Positions 12,514-26,000 of a stretch of DNA of 64,000 nt are shown piece after piece. Below the pieces are notes generated by a model. That model was not told the DNA's origin, ran no database searches, and saw only the letters and a list, made by a program, of their open reading frames with translations. The translations under genes and the position numbers were made by a program. The stretch is from the human T2T-CHM13v2.0 reference genome, Homo sapiens. Location of the stretch: the NCBI RefSeq assembly GCF_009914755.1, contig NC_060935.1, one strand, 5' to 3'. The stretch's first letter is position 1. Each line of letters begins with the position of its first letter.

Positions 12514-13049
12514 GTATGTTTGTCTCAAACATGCTGGTGAAACGGGGAAGGCCCCTTGATAAGGGTTTCCAGTGATCCTCAAAGTTAGGCCAGCTTTGCT
12601 GGCCCTAGAGGGATTGAGATGACTCACAGATAAAGAAGAAAGCCTCTGCTTCCTGGTGTGGAGGGTTCTTTTGCTTCAGTCTGTTCCACAGCCTCTGGGG
12701 TGTGTCCCATTCCAGATGAGCTCCCAGGACAGTAGCCATGCTGGCTTCTCATAAGAAGCCTGGAAGAGCTTGCCCATGTGGCAGGGATGGGGTGATATGC
12801 TTAGCCACACAAAAGCCACATGGCCCTCTGTACCTGGAACCCACCTGGCCACAAGGTGCTGTTTGCAAGAATGCCTGGTATAGGACCGACCCTTCTACAT
12901 TTTCCAAGTCCTCTCCCAGGCTCTCGAAGTCAACAAAGTGACCAGCCCACTGAATTCATAGATGGTTTGTGGAAGCATCTCTTCTGGCATCTCTTAGCAA
13001 ATATCTTCTCTCGGGCTTGATTAATCATCTACCACTAGCAACAACCCAT

Positions 13050-13600
13050 AACTTAAAACTTTTTTCTAATTAGCCAAATATATAGGTTCAGTGTAAAAAC
13101 ATGGGAAGGAAAGAATATAAAGAAACAAAGTTAAATCACCTGTAACCACTCTACCCTGAGAAAACCGCAGTTGACATTTTGTAACATCCCTTTCCAGGCT
13201 TTTTTTCTATGTGAATGTATTTTAACCAAAGTGGAATCCTATGCCTAGAGTTTTATATTCTTCCTTTTCTTCACTAACTGTATATCAAGAATAGTTTCCC
13301 ATGACATTAAATTTTTTTATGTTGGAGCATAATTTTTAATGCCTTTGGAAGATTCTAGTCTATAAATGGTCAATAATTTACTTCACCACTTCTGTATTAC
13401 TGGATCTTTACGTCGTTGGAATTTTTTATCTTACAAATGTTTTTACAGTGTATGCTAGTATGCATGTTGTTATCCATATTTCAAATTATTTACTTGATGT
13501 ATATCATTAGGAGTGAGATTGCCGATCAAAAGGCATGCATATTTTTGAAGGCTCGTGACTCCTATGGTCAGTTGGCCCCTAGAAAAGTGCCCGTGTTCAG
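13050..13600 (-). mobile_element. Ancient L1 (L1M/L1ME-like) fragment
   Basis: AT-rich antisense L1 3'-region motifs (aggagtgagattgc...tcaaaaggcatgcatattttt). Boundaries approximate. Confidence 0.6.
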
Positions 13601-13751
13601 CACCGGCTTCAGCATGAGTCGGGGGGCTGAGATTATTGTGGGGGCTGGTTGCAGGGTCTGGCGAGTTCAGTTTGTATTGGCTGTTGGCTTTGTTGAAGTA
13701 GTCCTCTGGAAGACTTACAGACAAATGCCCTCATTTCCATCTCTTTCTCAG

Positions 13752-13854
13752 GAGGAGGCAACATGGCAAGAGCAGGAAGCCCCTCGGAGAGACACTCCCA
13801 CCGAAAGTTCTTGCGCAGTGGCCGCCATTGGCACCCTGGAAGGCAGCCCCCCAG
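13752..13854 (+). CDS. MICAL2: MICAL2 coding exon (103 nt, phase 0-1): [34 protein letters not shown]; branch point for three alternative C-termini
   Basis: ctctttctcag|GAG acceptor and weak donor CAG|gtatct. In frame with the upstream exon. Confidence 0.95.
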
Positions 13855-14129
13855 GTATCTCCACCTCCTTCTTTAGGAAGGTGCTGGGCTGGCCCCTCAG
13901 GCTGCCGAGGGACCTGTGTAACTGGATGCAGGGACTCCTGCAAGCTTCTGGCCTCCATATCAGGGACAATGCTTACAACTACTGCTACATGTACGAGCTC
14001 CTGAGCCTGGGGCTGCCACTCCTCTGGGCGTTCTCTGAGGTCCTGGCAGCCATGTACAGGGAATCTGAGGGCTCCCTCGAGAGCATCTGCAACTGGGTGC
14101 TCAGGTGCTTCCCAGTCAAGCTCCGCTGA
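13855..14129 (+). CDS. MICAL2: Intron-read-through alternative C-terminus of MICAL2 (91 aa, [16 protein letters not shown]...FPVKLR*)
   Basis: The frame stays open past the 13854 donor to TGA at 14127-14129. The sequence is GC-rich and repeat-free, and resembles the MICAL2 splice-variant ('PV'-type) C-terminus as I recall it. Confidence 0.8.
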
Positions 14130-16436
14130 CATGGCTGGCTGCCCCAAAGTGCCTTCACATTTCCAGGGAGGCTTCAGATGGCAGTGCGTTTGCAGTTTGC
14201 TCAGGCTCTGGCCAGGAAGCCTAGCATTCTCTAAGCAATTAGCTCAAAGCCAAAGAATTTCACATGGGCCACCTCCGCCTGGCCTTATCAGGGTGAACAT
14301 CTACTCACGGTGCTAGGGCCAGGGATGATATGAAGGATCTTTTCTATAGCTTTGTGAGCCATACTTCTGGGTTTACATTTCAATTTTTTTAATTTTAATT
14401 AGCCCAGAGAAAGCATTTTTTTCTATGAGTGTCAATTTTTCTAAACATGGGTTTGAAGCTTATAACCAGTTTTATAAACCCCTTGAACACTGCAGTGAGT
14501 TATCAAAGCCACTGCCTGCAAAGTGGATGATTTAAGATTTTACACGCATGAAAATGAGTGTGCCATCTCCTGACCAGTGCCTTTTGACTTAGGTACCCAG
14601 ATGCCACTTGTCAGCAGCAGGATACTTTTTACAACACGAAAGCATAATTATTTTAGAAGAAGAGAGTAGAAGGGCAGAATAGAATTCAACTTACAGAAGC
14701 ACGGAGTAGTGTGTGGTTGGCTGTTATCTGTCCCCCTGGGAGGAGGACTGTTTTGCTCCCTTGTTTTGATGTTAAACAGTAGCTTAAAGGCTTTCCCCCC
14801 CATACCAACTCACAGCCAAATGACAAAGAACCGTGGGGTTTCAACAGATTCTACAAACATGCATTTTCCCTTCCCACTAATGGGCACTGCAGGGAAAGCC
14901 CATTGGCATTTGACCATGGAGCTGATGCAGTGCCAAAGATGAGCTCTTTCAACTGATGGCATTTTAGCCCCTGTGGCTCCCAGCGGATCCCCCAGCCCGG
15001 GCTGCAGGCTGAGCCAAGGCTGTGCAGGGTCCATATTGGTCAGGCCAAGTGGAGTGGAAGACTCTGTCCACTTATGTGGTGTCCTTTGGGACTGAGGGGG
15101 TTTGTTAGCACATCAGGCTATTGCTGGGAAGCGTGGCCTGCCCAGTGAGCATTGCCTGTGGACATCCTGACTGCTTAGCTGCTCCGCTGCCACACATATG
15201 TGGTCAAAACAGAAACCAATTTCACACTGCCCTGGGAAAGGAATGGGTCTGACCTCCAGGGGAAGCTCTACCATATCTTGACTGGCAGGGAAGGCTGGGA
15301 GTGGAAGCTATTTATGGACTGATCCAAAGGACATATGCATGAGTAAGGGTAAAAATGAGCATGCAGGTCCACCTGTGTTCTTACTCTGGGTATCTAGAAG
15401 AGTCCTCAGCTCTCCCTACTCCACGCTGCCTAGACATACACAGCTGCAGGGTCTGGCTGAACAATCAAGGGGCCGCCAGAGAAAGGCCATCTACGGTGCG
15501 CAGTGTATCTGGAGTTGCTGGGCCCAAGATAGCTCTGTGGAGTTATCACTAGAGATGCCTCTGGATTAACTAAGAGGTGTGCCTGGGTGTGGGTGAGGAG
15601 TCAGAACCTTTGAGAGCTTTGAGATGACAGTTTCTATGGGGCGGGAAGAAGGAGGTGCATTTCTACAAACACTTCCCTGAAATCCTTGGGAAAAACAGAG
15701 GCATGGCCGTGGCCAACTCTGTGGGAACTGGCGCCTCTGTCCTTGTTGGCACTGTTCTCAGTCCGATGACTTGCATTGTGTTTTCTCCAATTTTTGCTGG
15801 GATTTTAATGTTCAGCATGGTGGGAGGAACCCTTGATTCCTTTTGTTTGAGTATAGAAAGTAAATTTTTGAGGTCATGATGTGAACGGCCATGTTATTGT
15901 GATTATCTTCAGCTCAGGATAGGCTGAGATGCTTTGTGGAGTGTTCCATGAAGCCCGAGTCGGAATCTCTGACTGTCGTGTACAGCCATAAGGAGACTGG
16001 TTTGAATTACTGTGGCGAGACAGGGCGTGCCTGTCAGAAATCTGAGATGTTTGTACGCTCTGAGATGTTGAACCTTTCTGGTGGGCAGCACCGACACCCA
16101 GGGGTGGACCCCCGAGGATGAATGCCTCTAGGCCTCCGCAACATATTCAAGAATGAATGGGAGACGCTAGAGTAAAATGGGGGCAGAGAGGATATCAGGG
16201 AGCAAGATGCAAACTGTGTGCATCCACTCTCGTAAACAAGTAGCTGGTCACAACCAGAAAGGTTCATCTCTCCTAAGCAAACAGCGACTCTTTCAGAGGA
16301 AGTTTCCCTCTTTCAATCGTGGCCTTATTTTCAACTCCGGTGCCTTCTCGTGATGTTAATCATTTCCTTTTTTCCCCACACTAAGCTCTCTTTTCTATCT
16401 TTCTCTCTCTTTCCAATCTTACGCCATGGCCATCAG

Positions 16437-16477
16437 TTCATTTCAGCCTTCCAGTGCTACACCCACTTCTTGGCTGA
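16437..16477 (+). CDS. MICAL2: MICAL2 short-isoform terminal coding segment (V)HFSLPVLHPLLG*
   Basis: Pyrimidine tract at 16386-16420, then catcag|TT. The phase-1 join G+TT gives Val, and TGA is at 16475-16477. Matches the recalled canonical MICAL2 C-terminus. Confidence 0.93.
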
Positions 16478-17745
16478 CACACTTCTGCTCTAAGGTGACT
16501 GGTTTTCTTGCCAATTTTCAAAGAGTGGTACTAACCCCCAACCCGCTTTCCGCACCCCGTCCTCTCCGCCAGCAGTACTGGTTGCACTAACTGTGAGTGT
16601 CTTGCATACTGATGGACTCATTTGGTGGCATGGTTGGCTAACAGCATGGCGGGGGGTGTTCAGCTTGAGACCCATGCCTGTGTTCATTTCCCATGGAGCT
16701 GGCAGCCTGGTCTACCCCAAGTGCATGCCCCGCCTCTCCTCTCTCCCTTGGGTCTGCCTGCGTGCATGCTTCTCCAGTTGCGTCTGCGAAGCTACCTACT
16801 TTCTTGGGAGGGTCGACCTTGATCATGAAACAATACCATGAGGGGGCCTCTGTCACCTTTGAAAAGAACACTTTTTGAGCAGCCTCAAAAAGCTCATACA
16901 TACCAGCGCCTTCTTAAATTGGCTCTAATGTAAAGATTGTTAATGTCATTTATCAAAACCATAGGTGATTATTTGGAGGGATTTAAAAAACTTAATTACT
17001 CTCAGGCCTCATCCCAAGCTTGACACATGCTCTGTAGGTTGAACACATAATCACAAATATTCTAGCAAATGCTGCCTTGGTTGCAGCCTGCACTGTAGAC
17101 CCAAGGGTTTTGCTGTGGCTCTTCTTATCTCCCTTGGCTCATAAAGCCCCAGATGATGCCAGAGCTTCAATTAGAGCCATCATCATCCCAGGCAGGGATA
17201 TCTTTGAGAAATGACTCAGTTCAGCCCCAGGCCCCTGTGACTCTGCTTAAAGCACACATTTCTGCTGACTCTTGTACCTGGGGCAGCAGGATAATCACCA
17301 ACACACTCTTAACGAGAAACAACACACCAAGCACAGTGGAGCTGTCCTAGGCAACACTCGCGGTCTCAGGCTGCGGTGGGCGTCTGTCCTGCATGTGGCC
17401 CAGACCACCCTGACCCCCGGGCCTGCCTGCCTGGCCCTGCATGCTGCACGCTCACTGTATTTGTGCAGATCCTGGCCAGTACAAAGTCGTTGCTCTTGTC
17501 TTATCTTCTCTTACAGAGTCTCCCTCCCTTTATAGAATGTCAACCAAAGAGTGCCCTCCTCCCCTCTCAGCCTCCTCTTTAGCTAGCCTCCCCATCTCAT
17601 CACAACGCATGTCTGTGACCTTTGGTAATCATTTACAGTGCCACACGGAACCCTGTATTTTGCACACAGCAAAACAAACAATGTTTAGCTTTATTTATGG
17701 TATTTGATGCTGTAAATGGAAATAAATATTGTTCTTTATAAAGCT
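16478..17745 (+). other. MICAL2: MICAL2 3' UTR (short isoform; also the distal UTR of the read-through isoform)
   Basis: Repeat-free sequence between the stop codon and AATAAA at 17721. The 3' end is approximate. Confidence 0.8.
17721..17726 (+). terminator. Polyadenylation signal AATAAA of MICAL2 short isoforms
   Basis: Canonical hexamer with upstream TGTA (17711) and U-rich sequence, and a downstream U/GU-rich tract (ttgtttcctctcttctttg). Confidence 0.85.
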
Positions 17746-19790
17746 CATTGTTTCCTCTCTTCTTTGCCGTGGAAGCTTCTAAAACCTCACACACAGGGAT
17801 TGGTGTAGGGGGTTCATTTTCCCTAAACTGCTGGCGGGACTTGCACTTGAGGTAACACAGGACTCTCTGGGGCTGCGCTGGGCACTCTGAAAGGAAATAT
17901 TACCCCTGGGTAATATTTGGAAACTGTCACCAATGCTCCTGGGCTAGGCTTTGGGATCTCTTTCTTGAACACTCATTGTACTTTGCTGTTCTAGATGCTG
18001 GGCATAGTGGGTGAGGGTCAGTGTCCCCTCAGCGATTAGAAGCAGACTGTATTGATGGCTACCTTTACCCTTTTCCCCCGCACACCCAAGCGTGGCTCTA
18101 CAGGAGAGCTTTCCCCATGAACCTTACACTAATTTAGGTTCCTATTCAGCAAAGGTTGGTCTGGAACACTTCACGCTGGTGCACAGCTGAGTGGCAAGTG
18201 GAAGGTAAGTAGGAAGGACTGGGCATCAATATTAGGATGGCAATGAAGTTGGCAGTGTGCTCATCAGATGGAGAGCCACTGCCATCCTAAGAGACCTCTC
18301 CTGTCCCAAAGGCTCAGGGTATTCAGTATCTATGGTGTGAGGCCCTGCCCTAGCACCACCCGAAGTATAGTATTCATGGCAGGCCCCAGGCAACTCCAGG
18401 CTGTGTTTAAGGGAAAGATTTGGAGCCTCACTTGGCTATCCTGGGCAGTGCCAAAGTCATCTGGTCCTCAGCCTCCCCTGGGTGGGATGCCTGCCATTTC
18501 CTGGCTGGGCGTAGCTGGGCGTAGCTGGGCTTCTGACACTGGTATGAAAAGTCACCTGTGAACCTCATGAGGTCCCTGGCACCTCCAAATGGGTGTTCCT
18601 GAGGCTCTGGTCTCTGATGCCTGGATCTACCTTCAGAGCTGCCTCAGGTCATGACCAAGGGTTCTGTACTCTTACCTGGGTGATATATTCCCACTTCCAT
18701 TTAAGGAGGGATGTTAGGGACTGTAAGTCAGGTGCTGGGCTGTGCAAGTGACTCATTCCTTTATACATTCATTTATTCAGCAAATGTTTGTCCTAGGCCT
18801 TATTCTAAGCCCTAGGTACAGCAGGGAACCATGCGAAGTCCCCACACCTCCCTGCACCTTAGAGATGTGGCTCAGTATTGCTGTACTAGATGAGATCTGT
18901 TATATTTAACTGTGCATGTGCTCATTTGTTTGCTCAACTCTGTGATATTTCCTGAGCATCTACTATGTACTAGGAATACAGCAGGGAGTAAAGCAGACAA
19001 AAATCGTCACTTTATTGTCAAAGCGTGACACCCCAAGTGGTGCTTCACCAACAAAGGAGTCCATGATCACAACATTTGAGGAATATTTTGTACTGATCTT
19101 GCCAGTCCTCCCCCGTCCTGGAGACTAGCAAGATTCATTAGCATGTCAAGTCTCTGAGGCATCCTTGTAGGGAAGTTTAATCAACTTTGTGAAAGTCAGC
19201 TGTCCCATACTTATGTGAACATTTTGTTTTTGTTTTGGTTTGCTTTTTTTGAATATTGCATTCTACATACATAGTTTTGGTAGACTAGTGTTTAATTCAG
19301 AGATATTGGATTAAAGACTTAGAATTTTAAAAGGAAAACCATATAATTAAATATTAAATGGAATTAAGTATTGATTAGATATGGGGTGATAACCTTCTAA
19401 GCATAAATCCTCTAATAGGAAGAACACCACACAGGGAAAACATGACACAAATCTGATTATATACATTTTTAAAACTTAATGTAGAGTAATAAAATATTAA
19501 ATAGACCATTAGACTAGGGAAAAATATGAACTAAATGTAATAACAAAGAAGTTCATTGCATGGTATTTTCAAGGTTCATTTAAAACAGATGTTCCTGGGC
19601 ACCTCTCATAGTGTAGATGATCAGTTAATATTTGTTGATTAAAGAGTCAATGATAAATAGGCAAAGGCTATGAACAGGCAATTTACCCTTAAGCAAATTT
19701 TAAAAGTAAACACTAAAAAGAAAAAGCAAGCATTTACAAAAGTATTCCTACTTGGTTTTTAAAGGAAGTAAATTAATTATGGTGCACATG

Positions 19791-20087
<297 letters not shown>

Positions 20088-21562
20088 TTATAGTGCATCT
20101 ACTGAATTAGTAAAGAAAAAAGTAAAACTGTAAGAAAAAAATATGAACTTCATCCCAAGTATTGAGTAAAAAGTAAACTGGGAGAATCTTTTCCTGGGAA
20201 GCATTATGGCAACCCTGATTAAGATCCAGAAAAGGGCTCTGACCTCTTGGCCTAATAATTCTACTGCAGGGAATTTATCCTGAGGAAATAATCCAGCAGA
20301 AGAAATAAATCTGTGCAACTTGAATGTGTAAGTCGGTCAAGCAGAGTGGGTGGGCTGTTCCCCTTTATTTCTATAAATGCATTCATTTTTACAACTTAAG
20401 AAAAAAAAAGGCTTAAGTAAGTAAAAGAAGTTACTGCATCTTTTACTGCCCCCCAGCCAGCTGTTATATAGGGAACATTTTCTCTGTGCCAGGTAGTGGG
20501 CCAAGAATTTTATGTGCAGAACTTCGTTAGCTCTTCACCTCCTTGTGGCAACCTTGCGGTCAGTACTGATGTTAAAGAAGCTCCTGATACTAGGGAGGCA
20601 GAAGCAAGTCTAGAGCCACATTTTCCACTGTGAAGGGACTGAGTCCCACAGCCCAGGCTAGGAGTCAGGTGCCTGCTCTAAGAGGAACCTCGGTGCATGC
20701 TGAGGGCCTGGGCTCCACCAAAGACCAGGCTTTGCTCCCAGCAGTTGGTACTGACTCAGTGGCATTAGACAGGTCCCTTCTGTGAACTGGGGCTAAGGAT
20801 GCCTCTAGTGTAGGGTTTTTCAAGGTGTCTGACTCTCAGGACAGCAAGATCTCTTTGCCATGTTCTAGATAGCACTTTCCTGATCTTGCACAGCATAGAG
20901 CGCCCAGAGGAAAACTTGTCGGGCATTCTCGATTAACTGGGGCTCAGAACGCCTGACAGGACACCTTCAGGTTGGGAACTAGACAGCGGTCTCGATTCAC
21001 ACTGGTGGCACCATCTGCTTTCCTCCAGGTTTCTGATTCCCCAGCCTTCTTAAAGGCAACAGCCACCTCCCTTCGGACACCCAGGCCTCAGCTCTGGAGC
21101 TCCCCTTCCCTCCCACCACCTGCCGGTGGACTTTGGTTTTGCCTTAGTGAGTGCCCGAGTCTCAGCAAGGAGGGGGCATAGGCTCTCACTTTGTGCCCAG
21201 CTGCCCGCTTGCTCCACACCTGATGTCTACTGGGCATGTCCAGCCCAAATGTCCACTCCAACTGCTGATTTTCCCCCAAAACAGGCTCTGCCCTTAGCCT
21301 TCCCCATTTCTGGAGACTGCAATTCCCCTTTTCTTGTTGCTCAGCCCAAAGGCCCTGGAGTCATTCTTGACTCTTCTTTCTCTTGACCTCACACGAAATC
21401 CATTAGCAAATTTGAGGAATATCCAGAAGCTGTCCATTCCTCACCACCTCCGCACTAACCACCCTCCACCACTGTCATCCAAGTTATTGCAGCCACCCCT
21501 CTGAGGCCTCCTGCTTCTCCCTTCACCCCTCAACCTCCTCAACAAAACAGCCGGATTATCCT

Positions 21563-21849
21563 TTTATTTATTTGTTTGTTTGTTTTGAGACAGTGTCTTA
21601 CTCTGTCACCTAGGCTGGAGTGATGTCAGCTCGCTGCAAACTTCACCTCCTGGATTCAAGTGATTCTTATGCCTCAGCCACCCGAGTAGCTGAGACTACA
21701 GGCACCCGCCACCACACCCAGCTAACTTTTGTATTTTTAGTAGAGACAGGGTTTTGCCAGGCTGTTTTCGAACTGCTGACCTCAAGTGATCCTCCCGCCT
21801 CAGCTTCCCAAAGTGCTGGGATTACAGGTGTGAGCCACTGTGCCTGGCC
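21563..21849 (-). mobile_element. Alu (S-like) nested in an L2 fragment (~21200-22020, + strand)
   Basis: TSD-like ggat(t/g)atcctttt. L2 motifs on both sides, ending cacatagtgggccctcaaaaaatatt. Confidence 0.9.
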
Positions 21850-22665
21850 TGGATGATCCTTTTAGAATTTATGTCTCACTGCTGCTCAAAACTCCAGCAG
21901 CTCTCCAGCTCACTGAATGCAAACTCCATGAGGGCAGGGGTCTTGGTTGCCTTTCAATGCTTGTATAACCCCGACAGAATTGCACTTAGCACATAGTGGG
22001 CCCTCAAAAAATATTTTTAGGATATATGCCCTCTGGCCTGGACCTCAGACTGCAGAACATGCAGCCATCTCGGGCTGGGGAAGGTCTGGCTGGCATCCAG
22101 CATGGTTCAGGAGGGAGACCTGGAGGAAGAGAAGTCTGACATTGTGTGTCCTGGCTGCCACTGCAGACCCCCTGATTATGAGAAGGGAGTTTTGATTTTG
22201 CTTCTATTTTGCCTTCTGAGGGGCATCATTGTCATGTACAACTCTTGGGAGAGCTGGGTCTGCACAGCAGCAGGTGGGCCTTGGATGCCTCCTCTCAGGG
22301 ACAAGCTGAGGTTGGCAGCAGAGAGCAGTTCCAGCAGCATCCCTTTTGGGGCATCAAGGCCCAGGCCACTGGCCCACACACATCCTCTGTCCCCTCTTCA
22401 CTGTGCCTTGCTCTGGGGTCCTGACACAGGAATCCAGGTGGCAGATGTGAGACAAGGGACAGGGTGGGGAACACTCCACCCACCATAACCTGGGCTGGAG
22501 GGTGCGGCCCCCATGCCAAGGCATATGGGTGGCTCAGCATGGCTTTGATCCCCTGAGCCCAGTTATCCTGCAAGTGCCTATAACTGAGACCAAGAGAGGC
22601 TGCCTGCCCGGCAGCAGAGGGGCTGAGGAAGCAGGGGACCCACCCTCAGATAAAGAGGCCAACTC

Positions 22666-23017
<352 letters not shown>

Positions 23018-26000
23018 TCAGATTTTCTCTTTTCCCACCCCCAACCCACACCAGGCCCTGGCTGTGACTCCCTTGGGGACATGTGGCAGCTGGACGGGGA
23101 TTGTTTGCTCAGTGCTGGGGTCTTGCTGCTGCTCTGGCCAGGTTCTGAACAGGAGGGAATGACAGTGGGCCCCAGGCTACTTCCCTTCCTGCTTTACAGG
23201 GTTGCTGCTGGGCTGCCTTCCGAGAAACTTAGAGTTCTTCCTGCCCTCCTCATTCAGAGGAATGCGGGTATGGGTCCTGGCTGTGCCCAAAGCTGAAGGC
23301 TCACAGCTGGCCAGACACAGTGCCTGTAGTGTCAGAAGAAGAGGGAAGAAAAGAAGCAGGTTCCAAGAAGAAGGCTCCAGACATGCTGCTGTTAGCAAAG
23401 AAATTCAGCTTCCCTGATACTCTGGAGCCTGCAGAGCTGTTGGGAAGATACAGCGTGTGCCCCCACCCCTCACCTGAATGGAGGAGTCCTGGTGTCCAGA
23501 GGGAGCCATGTGCTGAGGGCTGGTGCCAGATCGCCAGCCGTCTGTGGCAGCATTTCCCTGTGTCTGGCCCAGTGTCCAGGATGAGGGCTTCGTGGGAGGA
23601 GCTGCTCAGCTCTGCTGAGGGCCGTGGGGAAGGGGCTGAGGCTCGGCACTGCCTGTCAAAGCTTGCATCTTCCTCAGGTTTACATTTTAATTTATTGGTC
23701 CCTGCACAAAGGCTACTGCTAGGGCCAGCCAGGGCCCCTTGAATGACGCCTGGCTTGTGGGCAGTGGAGGGTGTGTCCGTGTGTATCTGCACACCTACAC
23801 ACACGGGCCAGGTCCACTCCTGGAAGGAGTACAGCAAGGCAGGACAGCCATGCCCCAGGGCAGAGGAGCCAGAGGCCGAAGATTGCCCATCAATTGGTTC
23901 ACCCCCTGAAGATCCGTGGACTCCTGTTCCCATGACTGCACCCTGAGGGGTCACTCTCAGAAGCCCCCATGAGGGCAGCCAGCCCATCTTGGCACCTGTG
24001 CCTTTTCCCTAAAGGGCCACACACTGAAAAGGACTTTGGCTCTGGCATCGACTAGTCTCCTTCCCAGAGCAATTGTGACATACACTGGCAGTGGGTAGAA
24101 GGACTGCCTGCCACAAGCATCTTCCTAGGGCCCTCCCTCATCCTGCTGGGGACTTGTAGTGTCCCCTCTTATAAGAGGGCAGGGAGGCCACTCTGCTCAG
24201 AATCCCAGATATCTACCTGTGTGTGCTCAGATGCCTTCCCCGCCCTTCTCTGGCTGGCTCTGTATTGAAAAGGCGTATCCCTTGCAAACTACATTTTCCA
24301 GCTCCCTTGAAACTGGCTTACTGTTAGTTTTGACTGCTGGACGCGCTGGTGTGGGGCTGGAGGGCAGGATCCAAGGGGAAGCCAGGGTGTCCCTCCCAGC
24401 TCCCTGCCTTGCAGCAGTGGCAGTGTTGTGGCCTCTGGGCTCTGGTGGCACCAGCTCTTCTCCTTGTCCCTCTGCTGTTGAGGGACAGTGGCCTGCTGCT
24501 GCTCCTCTCTGGGTTGCTTCATCCCTGTTTGGCTTTTAGCTCTTCCGGCACCATTGCAGTTCATTTCCTGTCTGGATGCTTCTGTTGAACTCCCTGGCTT
24601 GGCCCTGTCTTCCTGACTGGATCCTGATCCTCTTAGTTTTGCCGCTTTCTTTCTCAACTTTTCTCTGCAGAGAGAACAGTGGACAGTGGCCAGAGATGGC
24701 TCTGGCCATTAGGAGCTGTGTGACATTGGTCAAGTGTGATAACTCCTCCAAGCTTTGGTTTCCTTTCCTGCAAAGTGGGGTTAATAGCAGCACACAGGAG
24801 GCCTGTTGCGTTGTCATCTCCCTGGGTTCTGGGGGTGAGTGGAAGAGTTTCAGACTTGAGTAGAAAGCAGCAGCAATTTCACCCGCAGAACCAGGGAGTG
24901 CCGCGCCTCTCCATAACCCTGCGGCAGGGGTCTGGCCAGGAAAGGGCCTCTGGACCTGGCTGTTGGGAGCCATGTGTGAGGACAGACGTTTCCCCAGACC
25001 CTGCCTGGCTCTGCCTTTCCCAGGCTCATAGGTAGGCCTTGGACCCGGCACTTAGGATCTTTGAAGTCCTATCTTTTGTCAGGGAGCAGGTATCTGGCCA
25101 GAGCTGAGATGAGGCTGAGGTGCTCAGTTCTGGGCAAAGCTGCTTCGTGCCACAGGCTGGCAGCAGCTGCTCTGCAGGGTGCTGGATCCTTCTCACCCAT
25201 GACTCCTAGGTACCTCCTCTCCTGTCATCCTCCAGCCCCCATTAGAGTCCTTCATTCTCCAAATGAGCAAAGATGGCTTCAGGCAAACTCTTAAAGAGCA
25301 GCCAGCCTCAGGGAGACAGCAAGAGGGCTGGTGGTGTGGGCATGCAGCACAGGTGAGCACACCTGGCTCTTCACCTGGGGCTGGCCACATGTGCAGCTGC
25401 TCTGTGCCCAGCAGCCGGAGGCCCAGCTGCGGTGATACCCAGCACTGTGCACTCACTGGCTGGCCTGGTGGGTGTTCTCTCTGGACTCCAATCTTTTCCA
25501 CTCATCCTGTGAGGATGCTAATACCGTTCTCTTAGGGCTGTTGGGATGCTAGGGTGGATGAAGGCATATGGGCACTCGATGAGTCAGTGTTGCTTTTGTT
25601 ACTGTCATTAGCATTATTTCCAGTATTTGTACTAGTGCCACTAGTATTACTACTGTTATACGCACACAGATGGAGCTGTCTGGGAATGAAAAGAGATATC
25701 TGGAAGTAGCCACTTGACTGGAGGAATTTTCTCGTGGAGGTGGCACTGAACCCCATAAAACCCAGCACTAGCCATGGCCTGAGTGTTAGACTGCAGAAGT
25801 CGGGGAGGAGACTGGCCTCCTTTGAGGCTTTTTGTCTGGGCACATTGGCAAAAGGGGGCCCAGAGGAAGTACCAGCTTCTTTTTTACAGAGTCTCTACCT
25901 CAACACTGCTGTCCCTGCCCTGATGTCTGGGTTCACTGTGAGAGACGCTGGCCCTGGCTCTGTGCTCTGAGAGGCCATCTGTCAGCCGTGCCCTCCACCC

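Noticed and set aside
13416-13751. N-terminal part of the 237-aa ORF 13416..14129 as a standalone hydrophobic protein
   Set aside because: The upstream part lies in decayed L1/intronic sequence, and a proper acceptor at 13751 explains where real coding begins.
23301-23987. 228-aa minus-strand ORF, and other 100-215 aa ORFs in GC-rich introns (e.g. 7059, 11653, 24536)
   Set aside because: No recognisable domain or exon structure, some overlap MIR/LTR relics, and such lengths are common in GC-rich DNA.
24164-24179. 16-bp perfect palindrome ccctcttataagaggg
   Set aside because: An 8-bp-arm palindrome is expected about once per window of this size.
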